Source of the DNA: Thermoplasmata archaeon
Lineage (GTDB): Archaea; Thermoplasmatota; E2; DHVEG-1
Direction of reading: 5' to 3'
Assembly (NCBI GenBank): GCA_003942085.1
Contig: DQIQ01000004.1
Location: 1 to 63,144 of the forward strand
Length of the DNA stretch: 63,144 bases
Both the position numbers and the translations under genes were made by a program. Position 1 is the first letter of the stretch, and the number at the start of each line of letters is the position of its first letter. The notes under the pieces are model-generated. The model had not been told where the DNA came from, ran no database searches, and worked only from the letters and a program-made list of their open reading frames with translations. Shown piece by piece: positions 46,913 through 58,608 of the stretch.

Positions 46913-47697
46913 CTGAAAAAAAGCTGCAGCTCAGCATCCACATTAATCCCTAATATCTGCTGGGCGTTGCCCTGATTGACACTAAGTTCAAGAAAACGAT
47001 TACTTCCGATGGTGAAGAGAAGGTCTCCTGGCTTTGCATATCCGTACGAGGACACAAACGGAATCTGCTCCCATCGACGGTCACCAGCGACCACCGTGAT
47101 TTTTTTCTGCTCGACCTCACCAGGTAAAATATCACAGGGGATGTTTGTTATCAGATTTCCAAACCGATCGACATAAATCACTTCCCCAACGACCCGGTCG
47201 CCGTGATGCTCCCCTAAATCGAACTGAAGGTCAACAAAATGCTTTGTCGGTGTACCGATCTCACCAAAGGGGACTCCCCGTGCGATATACGCGGCGACCG
47301 GCGCGAAGATATCACGACCATGGAAGGTGCGGGATAACGGATGGATCATGTATTTAGGGTTCGTGATCTCATAGACAACAAAGTCTCCCAGAAGGCGCGC
47401 GGTCGGCAAGAGTATCCCATTATCCGGACCGACCAGGATCTGTTTTTTTGTCGTGACAATCAAACCTTTCCGTTCCGTACCAACACCAGGGTCGACCACC
47501 GCAACATGAATTGTCCCCAGAGGAAAAAACGGTGCGGTTGCCCACAGGATGAACGCACCTTCTCTGATATTATGCGGTGAAACCTCATGTGTGATGTCAA
47601 GAAGCCGCGCATCAGAAATACTTGATGCGACCCCTTTCATCTGCGCAACATATCCATCCTTGGTGCCGAAATCCGTAAGAAACGTAATCCGTCTCAT
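46909..47697 (-). CDS. SAM hydroxide adenosyltransferase (DUF62; chlorinase/fluorinase family)
   Basis: LTDFG, VVDPGVGT.R, GPDNG, TFHGRDIFAP, DRFGN. Confidence 0.9.
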   Translation of the reverse strand: MRRITFLTDFGTKDGYVAQMKGVASSISDARLLDITHEVSPHNIREGAFILWATAPFFPLGTIHVAVVDPGVGTERKGLIVTTKKQILVGPDNGILLPTARLLGDFVVYEITNPKYMIHPLSRTFHGRDIFAPVAAYIARGVPFGEIGTPTKHFVDLQFDLGEHHGDRVVGEVIYVDRFGNLITNIPCDILPGEVEQKKITVVAGDRRWEQIPFVSSYGYAKPGDLLFTIGSNRFLELSVNQGNAQQILGINVDAELQLFFS

Positions 47698-47838
47698 GTC
47701 TCCAACCTTTGCGACGATCTCTGCTCAGTATTGTTGTTCCATTCATTAGTCTTATTGACCACTTTTTTCTCACGACCTAACCAAAACTATATATGGGAGA
47801 AGCGTGTATAATATTAAAGATTGGAGAAGTAAGAAGGA

Positions 47839-48243
47839 ATGGAGTCCGGAGAGATGAGTTATAAAAAAACAAGTGTCGCAGAGGACATTTGGGAACAAAA
47901 CGCTCAGCGAAGTATGACCTGCCCTCAATGTAAAGGGTTTTTGACCATCGTCCAGGTTGATCCCATTGACGAAACAGATAACGCGTACACCCCGTACAGG
48001 ACTGTTGTTGAATGTTCTAGCTGCTCTTATCGTATGGTCACCGAATCGTTCACCATTCTTGGAGGAATCAAGGATTTCGACAATGAATATGTTGAGATCG
48101 GCAGCTGGGGACCAAGCGGCAGTCGGGTGCTCTCACGCTTTAAGCACTCGATCAGTGTCAACCTTCTCAATGAACTAAAAAAATCACAAGAACTCGTGGA
48201 ATTCTTAATCGTCAATGAACACGTCGTTCAGGTCATAGGATAA
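47839..48243 (+). CDS. Hypothetical Zn-ribbon protein
   Basis: CPQC..CSSC; SD-like GGAG upstream. Confidence 0.65.
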   Translation: MESGEMSYKKTSVAEDIWEQNAQRSMTCPQCKGFLTIVQVDPIDETDNAYTPYRTVVECSSCSYRMVTESFTILGGIKDFDNEYVEIGSWGPSGSRVLSRFKHSISVNLLNELKKSQELVEFLIVNEHVVQVIG

Positions 48244-48394
48244 ACACACTAATAAAAAAAGAAGAATGGACCCTCACGACTACATCATTTTAAAGGCCAA
48301 CAGGTTTGTTTATAGAATGTTTTTAATAAATAGTTCATAAACCAATAATTGGTAAAGGAAAAAAGTCAAATAAAGAACCAAACATTATAGTCCT

Positions 48395-49597
48395 GTGAGA
48401 CTCATGACGAAAAAAGCGGTTATTTTAGCGGCTGGCGAAGGAAAACGGCTCAGGCCGTTCACCGAGACCATGCCTAAAGTCATGCTCCCCGTTGCCAACA
48501 AACCACTACTCGAATACGTGTTTGACGCCGCCAGAAAAAGCGGAATTGAGGAAATCATCGTCGTCGTTGGGTACAAAAAAGAAGTCATCATGGAGTATTT
48601 CAAAGACTACAAAGACATCAAAATAACATACGTCATCCAAGAAAGACAACTCGGGACTGCCCATGCACTCCTTCAGGCAAAAAAACACATCAAGGATTCC
48701 TTCATTGTTCTGGCAGGGGATAACATCATTGACCCAGGCAGCATTGCAAAGCTCCTCAAAGACCAATCAGAATATTCCCTGCTCATAAAAGAACACCCGC
48801 ATCCCTCCAAATACGGGGTCGTATTTATCGAAAACCGAAACATCAGACGCATTGTTGAAAAACCAAAAGAAGATGTTGGCAAATACATCTCCACCGGAAT
48901 CTACAAACTCCCCCGCTCTGTCTTCACCGACCTTGAACACTGCTACGCGGAGGGAGTTCACGCGCTGTCATCTGTCATCCAAACCCTGGTAGACAAAGGA
49001 AAACATATCAACACCATTCTAGCAAAATCATGGATGGACATAGTATATCCCTGGGACCTCATCACTGTCAACGAAGCAATGATTCAGACGACAAGTGAAT
49101 CCACCAGCGGCGTCATCGAAAAAAACGTTACGATAAAAGGCAGGGTATCCATTGGAAAAGATACGAAAATCTACGCAGGCTGCTACATCGTCGGTCCAGT
49201 GATCATCGGGGATAACTGCGAAATAGGACCCCATGCGTGCATCTTCCCATCCACCAGCATCGGCAAAAACACTGTGATTCATCCGTTCAGCGAAATAAGA
49301 AGCAGCATTATTATGGATGATGTTCACATCGCATCAAGTTCACATATCTCCCAGTCCATCATCGGCAAAGGATGCATCATCGGGGATAACTTCTCGACAA
49401 TAACAGGGAAAACGATGATAGAAATCGACGATGAGATCAAGAAACTAGAAACACCGATAGGAGCCATGGTCGGAGAAGACTGCATCATCGAAAGCCACGT
49501 CGTGGTTGACCCTGGAAAGATCATCGGCAGAAAATGCAGGATTTCCCCCATGAAACATATCATAAAAAATATCCCAAGTGAAAGTAAAGTGATGTAA
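48395..49597 (+). CDS. Sugar-1-phosphate nucleotidyltransferase with left-handed beta-helix (GlmU-like)
   Basis: ILAAGEGKRLRP.T..PK, LGTAHA, EKP, hexapeptide repeats. Confidence 0.88.
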   Translation: MRLMTKKAVILAAGEGKRLRPFTETMPKVMLPVANKPLLEYVFDAARKSGIEEIIVVVGYKKEVIMEYFKDYKDIKITYVIQERQLGTAHALLQAKKHIKDSFIVLAGDNIIDPGSIAKLLKDQSEYSLLIKEHPHPSKYGVVFIENRNIRRIVEKPKEDVGKYISTGIYKLPRSVFTDLEHCYAEGVHALSSVIQTLVDKGKHINTILAKSWMDIVYPWDLITVNEAMIQTTSESTSGVIEKNVTIKGRVSIGKDTKIYAGCYIVGPVIIGDNCEIGPHACIFPSTSIGKNTVIHPFSEIRSSIIMDDVHIASSSHISQSIIGKGCIIGDNFSTITGKTMIEIDDEIKKLETPIGAMVGEDCIIESHVVVDPGKIIGRKCRISPMKHIIKNIPSESKVM

Positions 49598-49598
49598 C

Positions 49599-51413
49599 GT
49601 GTGCGGAATCATAGGTTATGCAGGTTTTCGTGACGCGCGGACCGTCTTACTCGATTCATTAAAACGACTTGATTACCGGGGGTACGATTCAGCGGGCGTC
49701 GCCATCATCGATAAGAAACTAAAAGTCTACAAGGAAGTAGGCGAGATAGCAAACGTAGAAAAAAAAATCCCGCTGCTCAAAGGAACCACCGGGATCGGTC
49801 ACACTCGATGGGCGACCCATGGGGGTGTTACCAAAGAAAACGCTCATCCGCACCTTAGTTGTGATAAAAAAATCGCAATCGTCCATAATGGGATCATCGA
49901 AAACTTCAGCACACTCAAAGAAGACTTAAAAAAGAAGGGACATAAATTCATCTCCCAAACAGACACAGAGGTCATTGCGCATCTCATTGACGAACTCTAC
50001 AAAGGAAACCTCGAGGATGCAGTTGCCGCTACCGTAAAAAAGATCCAAGGATCCTATTCAATTGTTGCCATCAGTCAAGATGAACCTGGGAAAGTCGTTG
50101 GAATCCGAAAAGAAAGCCCGCTGGTCATCGGCGTGGGAGACAGCGAAAACTTCCTTGGTTCAGACATCACCGCGTTTCTCAAATACACCAATCGTGTGAT
50201 GTTCCTCAACGATGGGGAACTCTGTGTCATAACACCAGACGCCATCAGGGTGTATGACAAGAACAAGAAAATGATCAAAAAGAAAGAAGACCTCATCACT
50301 TGGGATATAAAAGACGCGGAGAAATCAGGCTTCCCTCATTTCATGCTCAAAGAAATCTATGACCAACCAGACACGGTCCATCACGTCCTCAGAGGGCGCA
50401 TCTCAGAAATCGAAGAAACAATCACGTTCCCTGATCGTGTTGAAAAGCTCCTCAGTCCTGAAATTGCTTCTATTCACATCGTTGCCTGCGGTACTTCATT
50501 TTATGCTGGTATGATCGGGAAATACCTCATCGAACAGCACACCAATATACCAGTGTTCACAGAGCTAGCCTCAGAGTACCGATATTTCGGGACACGAAAC
50601 GAGTCCTCACTGGTCATCGCGATCACCCAGTCCGGTGAGACCGCCGATACCCTAGCAGCATTACGAGAAGCACAGATGTCAGGATGCAAAACACTGGTCG
50701 TGACCAACGTTATCGGCAGCACCGCAACTCGTATCTCCGATGGATACATCTTACAGCAGTCAGGCCCGGAAATCGGCGTAGCCGCAACCAAAACATTCAC
50801 CTCACAGATCATTGTCCTGTTCCTCATTGCCCTCAAAATTGCGTTGCGTCAAAAGATGCTTGGCTCCGATGAGCTGTACAACAACATCTTCCATCTGAAA
50901 GAACTCCCGCGACATGTCCGAGACGTCCTACAGCGAAGCAATGACATCATCGCTGTCGCAAAACACCTCAAGGACGCGAAATCCGTGTTTTTTATCGGCA
51001 GAGGCATCAACTATCCGCTCTCCTTAGAAGGTGCGTTGAAGCTCAAAGAAATCTCCTACATCCATGCCGAGGGGTTTGCTGCTGGTGAGCTGAAACATGG
51101 ACCGTTCGCCCTGCTGACTAAAGAAACCCCGGTCGTCGCAATCGTCACCAAAGACGAAACCTATGAAAAGATCCTTGCCAACATCGGTGAAATAAAAGCA
51201 CGAGGATCCAAAGTGATTGCCATAGCTGAAGACAAAGACACAGAAATCGAAAACCACGCTGACTATGTGCTTCGCTTCCCTGCGGGCTCTCATGTGCTGC
51301 CGTGCATCCCTATCACCGTTGTTCTCCAGTTACTCGCCTATCATGTGGCTCATCTCCGAAAATGCCCGATTGATAAACCACGGAACCTTGCAAAATCAGT
51401 AACCGTTGAGTGA
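49599..51413 (+). CDS. glmS: Glutamine-fructose-6-phosphate transaminase
   Basis: MCGIIG, YRGYDSAG, GHTRWATHG, QSGETADT, KPRNLAKSVTVE. Confidence 0.97.
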   Translation: MCGIIGYAGFRDARTVLLDSLKRLDYRGYDSAGVAIIDKKLKVYKEVGEIANVEKKIPLLKGTTGIGHTRWATHGGVTKENAHPHLSCDKKIAIVHNGIIENFSTLKEDLKKKGHKFISQTDTEVIAHLIDELYKGNLEDAVAATVKKIQGSYSIVAISQDEPGKVVGIRKESPLVIGVGDSENFLGSDITAFLKYTNRVMFLNDGELCVITPDAIRVYDKNKKMIKKKEDLITWDIKDAEKSGFPHFMLKEIYDQPDTVHHVLRGRISEIEETITFPDRVEKLLSPEIASIHIVACGTSFYAGMIGKYLIEQHTNIPVFTELASEYRYFGTRNESSLVIAITQSGETADTLAALREAQMSGCKTLVVTNVIGSTATRISDGYILQQSGPEIGVAATKTFTSQIIVLFLIALKIALRQKMLGSDELYNNIFHLKELPRHVRDVLQRSNDIIAVAKHLKDAKSVFFIGRGINYPLSLEGALKLKEISYIHAEGFAAGELKHGPFALLTKETPVVAIVTKDETYEKILANIGEIKARGSKVIAIAEDKDTEIENHADYVLRFPAGSHVLPCIPITVVLQLLAYHVAHLRKCPIDKPRNLAKSVTVE

Positions 51414-51425
51414 GGCAGAAAAACC

Positions 51426-52631
51426 ATGAAATGTGTGATTCTTGCGGCAGGCGAAGGAAACCGGATGCATCCTCTCACGTATACCAGGCCAAAAGTGATG
51501 CTTCCGATCGCAGACAAACCAATCCTTGAATGGAACCTGCTCAATGCTCGTGCAGCTGGTCTGAAAGAATATATTTTTATCGTCAGTTACAAAAGTGAGA
51601 TGGTACGAGAATATTTCGGAAATGGAAAACCATGGAACGTAAAGATCAGCTACATCAATCAGGGAAAAGCCATGGGGACTGCTCACGCCATCGGAACGGT
51701 CGAGCCGTTCGTCAATGATTTTATCACCCTCTGTGGTGATACGATTTTTGGTGCCAGCGATATTAAAAAAGTCGCCCAGAAAGGAACCAAGATAGGATTA
51801 ATCCAGATGGATAATGCAACGGAGTATGGTATCGTAGAGCTCAAGGGAAAACACTTAATCAAGATCTCTGAGAAAATGGAGCATCCATCATCCAACGTCA
51901 TCAACGCAGGTATCTACCATTTCAACAAAAAGATCTTTGACTTTATTCGTAGGACGGCAAAATCACCAAGAGGCGAGTTTGAAATTACTGATTCCATCAA
52001 TAAGATGGTAAGTAAAGAGCCAATGGAGGGCGTATTCCTTAAAGAATGGCGAGATGTCGTCTACCCGTGGCATCTCCTTGATGCAAACGAGGAGATTTTA
52101 AAGAAGTTGAAGACAAAAATTCAAGGCACTGTTGAGAAGAACGTGACATTAAAAGGAATCGTAGTCGTCGGAAAAGACACGGTTATCCGTTCAGGCACCT
52201 ACATCGAAGGCCCGGTCGTCATCGGAAATAACAGTAAAATCGGACCAAACTGCTATCTCAGACCCTTTACTACTATAGGGAATCACTGCCATGTGGGAAA
52301 CGCCTGCGAAGTAAAAAACTCCATCATCATGGACCATAGCAACGTCCCCCATCTCAACTACGTTGGTGATTCCATCATCGGACAGCACTGTAATCTTGGG
52401 GCAGGCACCACCGTTGCAAACCTCAAACTTGATAAAAACAATATAGCGGTCGTACTCAATGGAAAAAAAATTGATTCCAAACGACGGAAACTTGGGATGG
52501 TTATGGGAGATAATGTACAGACAGGGATTAACTCCATTATAAATGTTGGAACGATGATTGGTAACGACGTGTTTATCGGTCCAGGTGGATTTGCGAAAAA
52601 TGAACTCAAACCATTCTCACGAATCTTATAA
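51426..52631 (+). CDS. glmU: Bifunctional nucleotidyltransferase/acetyltransferase GlmU (archaeal type)
   Basis: ILAAGEG.RM.PLT..PK, RGEFEITD, EVKNS, PHLNYVGDS, NLGAGT. Confidence 0.88.
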   Translation: MKCVILAAGEGNRMHPLTYTRPKVMLPIADKPILEWNLLNARAAGLKEYIFIVSYKSEMVREYFGNGKPWNVKISYINQGKAMGTAHAIGTVEPFVNDFITLCGDTIFGASDIKKVAQKGTKIGLIQMDNATEYGIVELKGKHLIKISEKMEHPSSNVINAGIYHFNKKIFDFIRRTAKSPRGEFEITDSINKMVSKEPMEGVFLKEWRDVVYPWHLLDANEEILKKLKTKIQGTVEKNVTLKGIVVVGKDTVIRSGTYIEGPVVIGNNSKIGPNCYLRPFTTIGNHCHVGNACEVKNSIIMDHSNVPHLNYVGDSIIGQHCNLGAGTTVANLKLDKNNIAVVLNGKKIDSKRRKLGMVMGDNVQTGINSIINVGTMIGNDVFIGPGGFAKNELKPFSRIL

Positions 52632-52693
52632 AAAAACATAATCTTTCTCCCCAGTTATTTAATATATACCATTGCTACTATCGCTTTTTTAAT

Positions 52694-54316
52694 ATGTCGT
52701 TGATTGCAAGAAAATCACTTCTCATTACTGTCTCAAAAGTCATTGCTCAATTCGTTGGTTGGATAGGTTTAGCGGTATTGGCAAAACTCTGGGGAGGGTT
52801 TGCACCAGAAGCCATTGGAATCATCGGTTTTGCAATGTCATTCATCGCTATGTTTGACCTCATAGCAGACCTCGGGTTTTATCAGGCTCATATAAAAAAA
52901 GTGTCTGAAGGAAAAGACCTGGGGACCTGCATTGGCACCTTTGCAGCGATTAAAATATTATTGACCTCCTTGATGGTCGGAGTGGTTCTGTTATCTATTT
53001 TCATCTGGAAAAACGTATTTCATAACGAGTTCTATGATGCGACGACTGAATCAGTTGTTTTCGTCATGCTCATATATTTTGTTCTTGCAGACCTTACACA
53101 AATAGCAACAGTGACCTTTGAGGCAAAAAAAGAAATCGCAAAACGAGAACTCACCTACATCTTTGAATCAATAAAAACACCAATGATGATCCTCGTCGCA
53201 GTTGCAGGAGTCGGAACCTTGGCTACCATCCAACCTGCTATCCAATGGCCTGATTTCCTCGGTCCGCTTCAGAAATTCCTTGCGAGCCACGCGGTTGGAT
53301 CTCTCGCTATGACCTATGTGTTTGCGATTCTCGCATCATTTGTTGTCGGTCTCTGGTTATTAAGAAAATATCCGATTAAAAAACCCAGATGGGGGCTAGG
53401 AAAAGAGTACACAGCCTTTGCTCTACCGATTATGTTAATTTCGGTTATCGGTGTTATTTCTGTGAATATAGATAAGATTATGCTTGGATTTTTTTGGACA
53501 TCCACAGAAGTTGGTTACTTTTTTTCGATGCAGCAGATCATGCAGATGTTAATGATTCTTCATGTCGCTGTTGGAACAGTTCTGTTTCCAACGTTTTCAG
53601 AGTACCATACAAAAAATGATTTTCAGAAAATCATGGAAGCAGTATGTATGTCAGAACGATACATCTCTATGGTGATGGTACCACCCGTTGTCGTCTTTAT
53701 CGTGTTTGCTAATCCGGTCATTGGTACTGTTTTAAGCAATGCGTTTTACCCGGCAGCATCCACCCTCATTGTTCTTTCAATCTACGTTTACATTTTAAGT
53801 TTGACGAGGCCCTGCTTTGCGTTGACGAGTGGGATTAATAAACCGATTATCGGAGCAAAAATCGGATCTGTCATGTGCATAATCAATATAGTATTAAATT
53901 TCTTGCTTATACCAAAAGATGGATTACTTTCATCGTTTGGTATCAACGGTCCACTTGGTGCTGCTGTTGCCACGGTCACTGCGGGCTTTGTGGGGTTTTT
54001 TTGGTTTAAGTTTACCGTAAAAAAATTGATTGGCGTAAAGATGGTATATAGTCATATCCCACGTCATATTATCGCAGGTTTTGTGATGGCTCTAGCCTTG
54101 TATTTTTTGAGCTATTCCATTCTAACGATTCGATGGTATCTGCTTATTGTCTTCGCGTTCATAGGGTTAGCTGTCTATCTTGGGGTTTTATACGTTTTGA
54201 AAGAATTTAATAAAAAGGACCTAACCTTCTTCCTCAATCTGTTACAACCAAAAGAAATGTTGAATTATATTAAATCAGAATTAAAAGAGGAAAAAGAAAG
54301 CTTGGAAAAAAAATAG
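52694..54316 (+). CDS. Oligosaccharide flippase (Wzx/MOP family)
   Basis: About 14 TM helices, DLGF, IDKIMLG, LFPTFS, LNFLLIP, GAAVAT. Confidence 0.85.
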   Translation: MSLIARKSLLITVSKVIAQFVGWIGLAVLAKLWGGFAPEAIGIIGFAMSFIAMFDLIADLGFYQAHIKKVSEGKDLGTCIGTFAAIKILLTSLMVGVVLLSIFIWKNVFHNEFYDATTESVVFVMLIYFVLADLTQIATVTFEAKKEIAKRELTYIFESIKTPMMILVAVAGVGTLATIQPAIQWPDFLGPLQKFLASHAVGSLAMTYVFAILASFVVGLWLLRKYPIKKPRWGLGKEYTAFALPIMLISVIGVISVNIDKIMLGFFWTSTEVGYFFSMQQIMQMLMILHVAVGTVLFPTFSEYHTKNDFQKIMEAVCMSERYISMVMVPPVVVFIVFANPVIGTVLSNAFYPAASTLIVLSIYVYILSLTRPCFALTSGINKPIIGAKIGSVMCIINIVLNFLLIPKDGLLSSFGINGPLGAAVATVTAGFVGFFWFKFTVKKLIGVKMVYSHIPRHIIAGFVMALALYFLSYSILTIRWYLLIVFAFIGLAVYLGVLYVLKEFNKKDLTFFLNLLQPKEMLNYIKSELKEEKESLEKK

Positions 54317-54460
54317 ACGAGATGTGTTTATCAGACCATCTTTTTACTTCCTCTTTGGGATTTAGCATAATTAAATGATTGGTTTTTTCGTATTTCATAT
54401 CGGATTAAGATGGTGGTCATATAAAGCTGTAATGTTAATTTTTCTATTTTATTATTGAAT

Positions 54461-55165
54461 TTATTTTTTTATCTCCATCACACAGAGATACTTTCGTTTG
54501 TTCCATTTTGGTTTTTTTTCTTTGAAATAATTTAATTCTTTTTCTGATTGGACCCATAAACCTTCGACAAGTTCCTTCATGAAAAACAAATGAACAGATG
54601 AAGCGATAAAATGTTTAAATTCCTCCGCATAGAGACTTTTTGATATTTCATCATTTCTTTGTCCAAGGGGGAATGTGAGAATGAACAATCCGTTTTTTTC
54701 AAGAAGATCATTGATCACCCGGTTTATATTACGAAATGCATAGGATGAATACTGTTTTTCTAAAAGGCCCGTAGGTTTCACATAATCTGGATTATCGCCC
54801 CCATCTGAATCCATATGTTCAAACGTGGAGATAGAATAAATGAAGTCATAACGATGTTTTGTTTTGAATGTGTAGATGTCTTCGTTAAAGACATCATAAG
54901 CTTTTTCGTATTTATCAACTGTATCTTTTTCTTTGAAATCTCGAAATGTGTCATAGTAATGTTTTGTGACATTTCCTATCTCTAATGTGCGTTCATGAGG
55001 ATATGAATCTATATAATAACGGATGACTGGAATTTCTATGGTTCTTACCTTTCTCCAAAAACAATTATAGGAATGGAAAAAATATTTTAAGGGAACGTTC
55101 TTGAATTTGAAAGTTCTCTTTTTAAAAGGTCTTCTCACGGCGGCTTCAATAAGTTTAAACATCAT
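54461..55165 (-). CDS. Hypothetical SAM-methyltransferase-like protein
   Basis: RTIEIP, LEIGNV, VDKYE, YDFIYSISTFEH. Confidence 0.55.
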   Translation of the reverse strand: MMFKLIEAAVRRPFKKRTFKFKNVPLKYFFHSYNCFWRKVRTIEIPVIRYYIDSYPHERTLEIGNVTKHYYDTFRDFKEKDTVDKYEKAYDVFNEDIYTFKTKHRYDFIYSISTFEHMDSDGGDNPDYVKPTGLLEKQYSSYAFRNINRVINDLLEKNGLFILTFPLGQRNDEISKSLYAEEFKHFIASSVHLFFMKELVEGLWVQSEKELNYFKEKKPKWNKRKYLCVMEIKK

Positions 55166-56129
55166 ATTTTTCGACGATCCTTTCGACTTTTTCATCGATT
55201 TTGTTTGTTATCATTTTATAGAAGCCATATAACATTCGAGGTATTTTTGCTTTAATGTATTTTGCTCGTTTCCAATGATGTAATGCCTCAAGCCATTTTG
55301 GATTTGTTGATTCTATCCATTTTTTATCAAGACGAGATACCATGAGAAATGTATGATCTGTACAGAAATATGAGCTAATCTCAGGATCAATATATTTCAC
55401 AATTGCTTTTGCAGTGATTTCCATTCTTGTATCCATATTTTTTTTATCATATATTTTTAGATCAGGTTTTTTAAAAACCAATGCGGTTCCTTTCTTTTTT
55501 TGATCAGAGGTATATCGTTCTCCTTCAGTCATGTAACAAGTATGATATGTTGTAGAAACCGTCCCATAAGTATATCCATTTTTTTCAACAACATCCCTAA
55601 GAATAACATCGATAATTCTCCAAGCATAATCATTATCTACATGATAGTTTTTCACTGCATCTTTGCGAATAATCCAAGGACCACCTAAAGGTCGTTTTTT
55701 AAGGTTTGTGGTTGTAGGATCTTCTCGTTCAAACTCATAATGAACAATCCGTTTACTTCCAAAGTAATCGTATTTATCCTTGCATTTTATCATTTCATTA
55801 TACCAACCTTTAGTTGGGATTTTCGCGCAATCAATAAATACGAACCAAGGGGTGGAAACACGTTTGATAAGCATTTCCCAACATTTTCCTAAAGTTAAAT
55901 CTGGAAAAATTTCAATGCTCACACGAGGATATGTCTTTAAAATATCTATTGTTTTATCTTTTGAACCACCATCGATAACAAACAGTTGTCTAATAGGCAC
56001 TTCTTCAAACATTGTGTCGAGCGTTTTTTCTAGGTATTTTTCTGCATCTAATGTCATCATGATCGCATCAACTGATTCTGTATTTGGATCTTCTTTCAAT
56101 CGATCAATATTTTTATAGCTACCCAACAT
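55155..56129 (-). CDS. Glycosyltransferase family 2
   Basis: IDGGSKDKT, TPWFVFID. Confidence 0.8.
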   Translation of the reverse strand: MLGSYKNIDRLKEDPNTESVDAIMMTLDAEKYLEKTLDTMFEEVPIRQLFVIDGGSKDKTIDILKTYPRVSIEIFPDLTLGKCWEMLIKRVSTPWFVFIDCAKIPTKGWYNEMIKCKDKYDYFGSKRIVHYEFEREDPTTTNLKKRPLGGPWIIRKDAVKNYHVDNDYAWRIIDVILRDVVEKNGYTYGTVSTTYHTCYMTEGERYTSDQKKKGTALVFKKPDLKIYDKKNMDTRMEITAKAIVKYIDPEISSYFCTDHTFLMVSRLDKKWIESTNPKWLEALHHWKRAKYIKAKIPRMLYGFYKMITNKIDEKVERIVEKYDV

Positions 56130-57178
56130 TATATAATTCCCTCCATTTTTAAATCAGCATCAACCATTTTTTGTATAAGAGTTTTAAAATCGGTTTTTGG
56201 TTTCCATTTAAGGATTTTTTGTGCTTTTGATGAATCCCCAATTAGTGACATTTTTTCTTTTAATTTATATAATTCAGGCGAACAATAAATTAGTGTTTTG
56301 TTGGTTTTTTTCTCGATACCTCGTTCATTGAGATCTTTCCCTATCCATTCTAACGAAATTCCTGCATGACTAAATGCATAAAAAATATATTCACGTATTG
56401 TATGTCCAGTACCAGTTGCAACTATGAAATCATCAGGGCGTTTTGACTGAAGCATCATCCACATTGCTTCGACATAATCTGGTGCATATCCCCAATCTCG
56501 AACCGAATCAAGATTACCTACCATGAGTTTTTCTTGCTTCCCAGACAATATTTTCGCTACTCCACGAGTTATTTTCCGTGTAATAAAATTTTTCCCCCGT
56601 CGCGGGGATTCATGGTTATACAGAATACCATTCCATATTTTCATCCCATATTTTTCACGATAATATATTGCACAATAATACGCAAATAGTTTTGCGATTG
56701 CGTAAGGAGAATCTGGATTAAATTTTGTATATTCATTTTGCGGGCATTGTGATGGAGACGACCCAAATAACTCCCGAGATGATGCGTTAAAAATTTTTGC
56801 ATCACATTTTGAGTCATGGACTGCTGAAAATACTCGTAATGAACCTAAGGCATTTACATCAGCTGTTTCTAAAGGTGACACGAAGGAAATTTGTCTATCA
56901 GATTGTGCAGCAAGATGATACACTTCATCTGGTTGAATTTCTTGGAGTATTTTAATAAGTGAAGGGTAATCACAAATATCTCCATAATGAATCGTAACTT
57001 GATTGACATCATAATGCTCGTCGAGAGAAAGCACTTGAAAATGAGAGGTTGCTGATGTCACAGATTTTTGGACGAGCCCATGAACCTCATACTTTTTATT
57101 TAGAAGTAATTCGGTAAGATATGAACCATCCTGACCAGTTATTCCAGTGATGAACGCTTTTTTCATGGAGTTATCCAA
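56129..57178 (-). CDS. GDP-mannose 4,6-dehydratase-like, divergent paralogue
   Basis: [31 protein letters not shown]; altered SDRQ, SSRE and C-terminal motifs. Confidence 0.8.
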   Translation of the reverse strand: MDNSMKKAFITGITGQDGSYLTELLLNKKYEVHGLVQKSVTSATSHFQVLSLDEHYDVNQVTIHYGDICDYPSLIKILQEIQPDEVYHLAAQSDRQISFVSPLETADVNALGSLRVFSAVHDSKCDAKIFNASSRELFGSSPSQCPQNEYTKFNPDSPYAIAKLFAYYCAIYYREKYGMKIWNGILYNHESPRRGKNFITRKITRGVAKILSGKQEKLMVGNLDSVRDWGYAPDYVEAMWMMLQSKRPDDFIVATGTGHTIREYIFYAFSHAGISLEWIGKDLNERGIEKKTNKTLIYCSPELYKLKEKMSLIGDSSKAQKILKWKPKTDFKTLIQKMVDADLKMEGII

Positions 57179-57336
57179 CCTTAAGGACGAAAGGACTAGA
57201 AATAATAGAAATATATAGATAACTGTCGTTTATTTTCAATAATTCTTTTAATTTTTCCCATACTCTGTGTTTTAATATTGAATCAACGACCTTATTATCT
57301 TTTTCTTTCAAGATAGAAAATATGCGTATTAATTTT

Positions 57337-58608
57337 CTATTTTACAACCGACTTTAAATCCTTTTTCACCAACTCAACCTCAGGTAATGGGAAAATAAAA
57401 CATCCTCCTTTCTCAAGATATTCTTTTTCACGCTCTAAGAACTCTTTTCTAAAATGCCATGGAAGTACAAGATAATAATCAGGGTTACACGCTCTTGAAA
57501 AATCCTCGGAGAAAATGAGGATGTGGCTCGCTGGAGTCCAATGTCCGTTTTTCAAAGGGTTTTTATCAGCGGCAAACGAAATAAGCCGATAATCAATACC
57601 GCAAAACTGAAGGAGTACATTTCCTTTGGTAGACGCACCATATAAGTGTACTGTTTTTCCTTTCTTTTTTTCTTTGCATAAAAAGGTATACAATATTTCA
57701 CGTATTTTCGATATACGATCATTGAAATCCTTAAAAGGCTTTACAGAATCAAACCCTTGTTTTTTTTCCTCATTTAAAATCTTAGTCACTTTATCAGTAC
57801 CATCAGGGTATTTTGCGTTTTTATGACAGACAGAGAGTTTGAAACTACCGCCGTTGATGTCATTGAATGCAACATCAAAAACTCTCAGGTCATTTCGTTC
57901 CATCATCCATACGATTTGTTTCAATGTATAATATTCCAGGTGTTCATGACAAATAGTATCAAATGCGTTCATTTTAATCATCGTTGGCATATAGGACTGT
58001 TCTAACACCCAGATACCGTCTGGGTGAAGTATCTCTTTTATCTCAGAGACGAACGACATGGGGTTTTCGAGATCATAAAACATAGCAATAGAGGTAATAA
58101 TCTTTGCTTTACCGGTAGGGTGCACTTTATCAAAAGCTCGTTTGGAAAAAAAATCAGTGACTAAAACAATATTATTTGGGTAATGAATCTTGAATTGCTC
58201 CCCACCAGGGTCTATTCCAATCAGTTTCATTTCTTTTACAGTATATGATTTTAATAACGTTCCATCGTTGCTTCCTATATCAAGAACGATATCATCTTCC
58301 TGCAAGTGAGCAAGCTGCTGAGCATCCAACGCAATTTCTTTTAAATGATTACTCATCGTCTGATTCAATCCAGATAAATATCCATAACTTGTTCCATACA
58401 TTTCACACAGAGGAACGCTATGTGCTAATTGGAGCAGCCCACAAGCATTCTCCCCATTGCATTTCACAAGTTCAAGCGGTGCAGACGGAGGATCATTTGT
58501 CCCAACAACAGGGAAGCGCCCTGATAATGCTTGAATTCCAAGGTTAATAACAGGAATTAAATCGGTATTTTTACATATACGGCAGTGAGTTATTTCATTA
58601 ATTGCCAT
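57337..58608 (-). CDS. NDP-sugar C-methyltransferase
   Basis: CRIC Zn motif, [33 protein letters not shown]. Confidence 0.85.
   Translation of the reverse strand: MAINEITHCRICKNTDLIPVINLGIQALSGRFPVVGTNDPPSAPLELVKCNGENACGLLQLAHSVPLCEMYGTSYGYLSGLNQTMSNHLKEIALDAQQLAHLQEDDIVLDIGSNDGTLLKSYTVKEMKLIGIDPGGEQFKIHYPNNIVLVTDFFSKRAFDKVHPTGKAKIITSIAMFYDLENPMSFVSEIKEILHPDGIWVLEQSYMPTMIKMNAFDTICHEHLEYYTLKQIVWMMERNDLRVFDVAFNDINGGSFKLSVCHKNAKYPDGTDKVTKILNEEKKQGFDSVKPFKDFNDRISKIREILYTFLCKEKKKGKTVHLYGASTKGNVLLQFCGIDYRLISFAADKNPLKNGHWTPASHILIFSEDFSRACNPDYYLVLPWHFRKEFLEREKEYLEKGGCFIFPLPEVELVKKDLKSVVK

Noticed and set aside
48395..52631. Two GlmU-like genes around glmS as a novelty
   Set aside because: This arrangement is common in euryarchaeal genomes.
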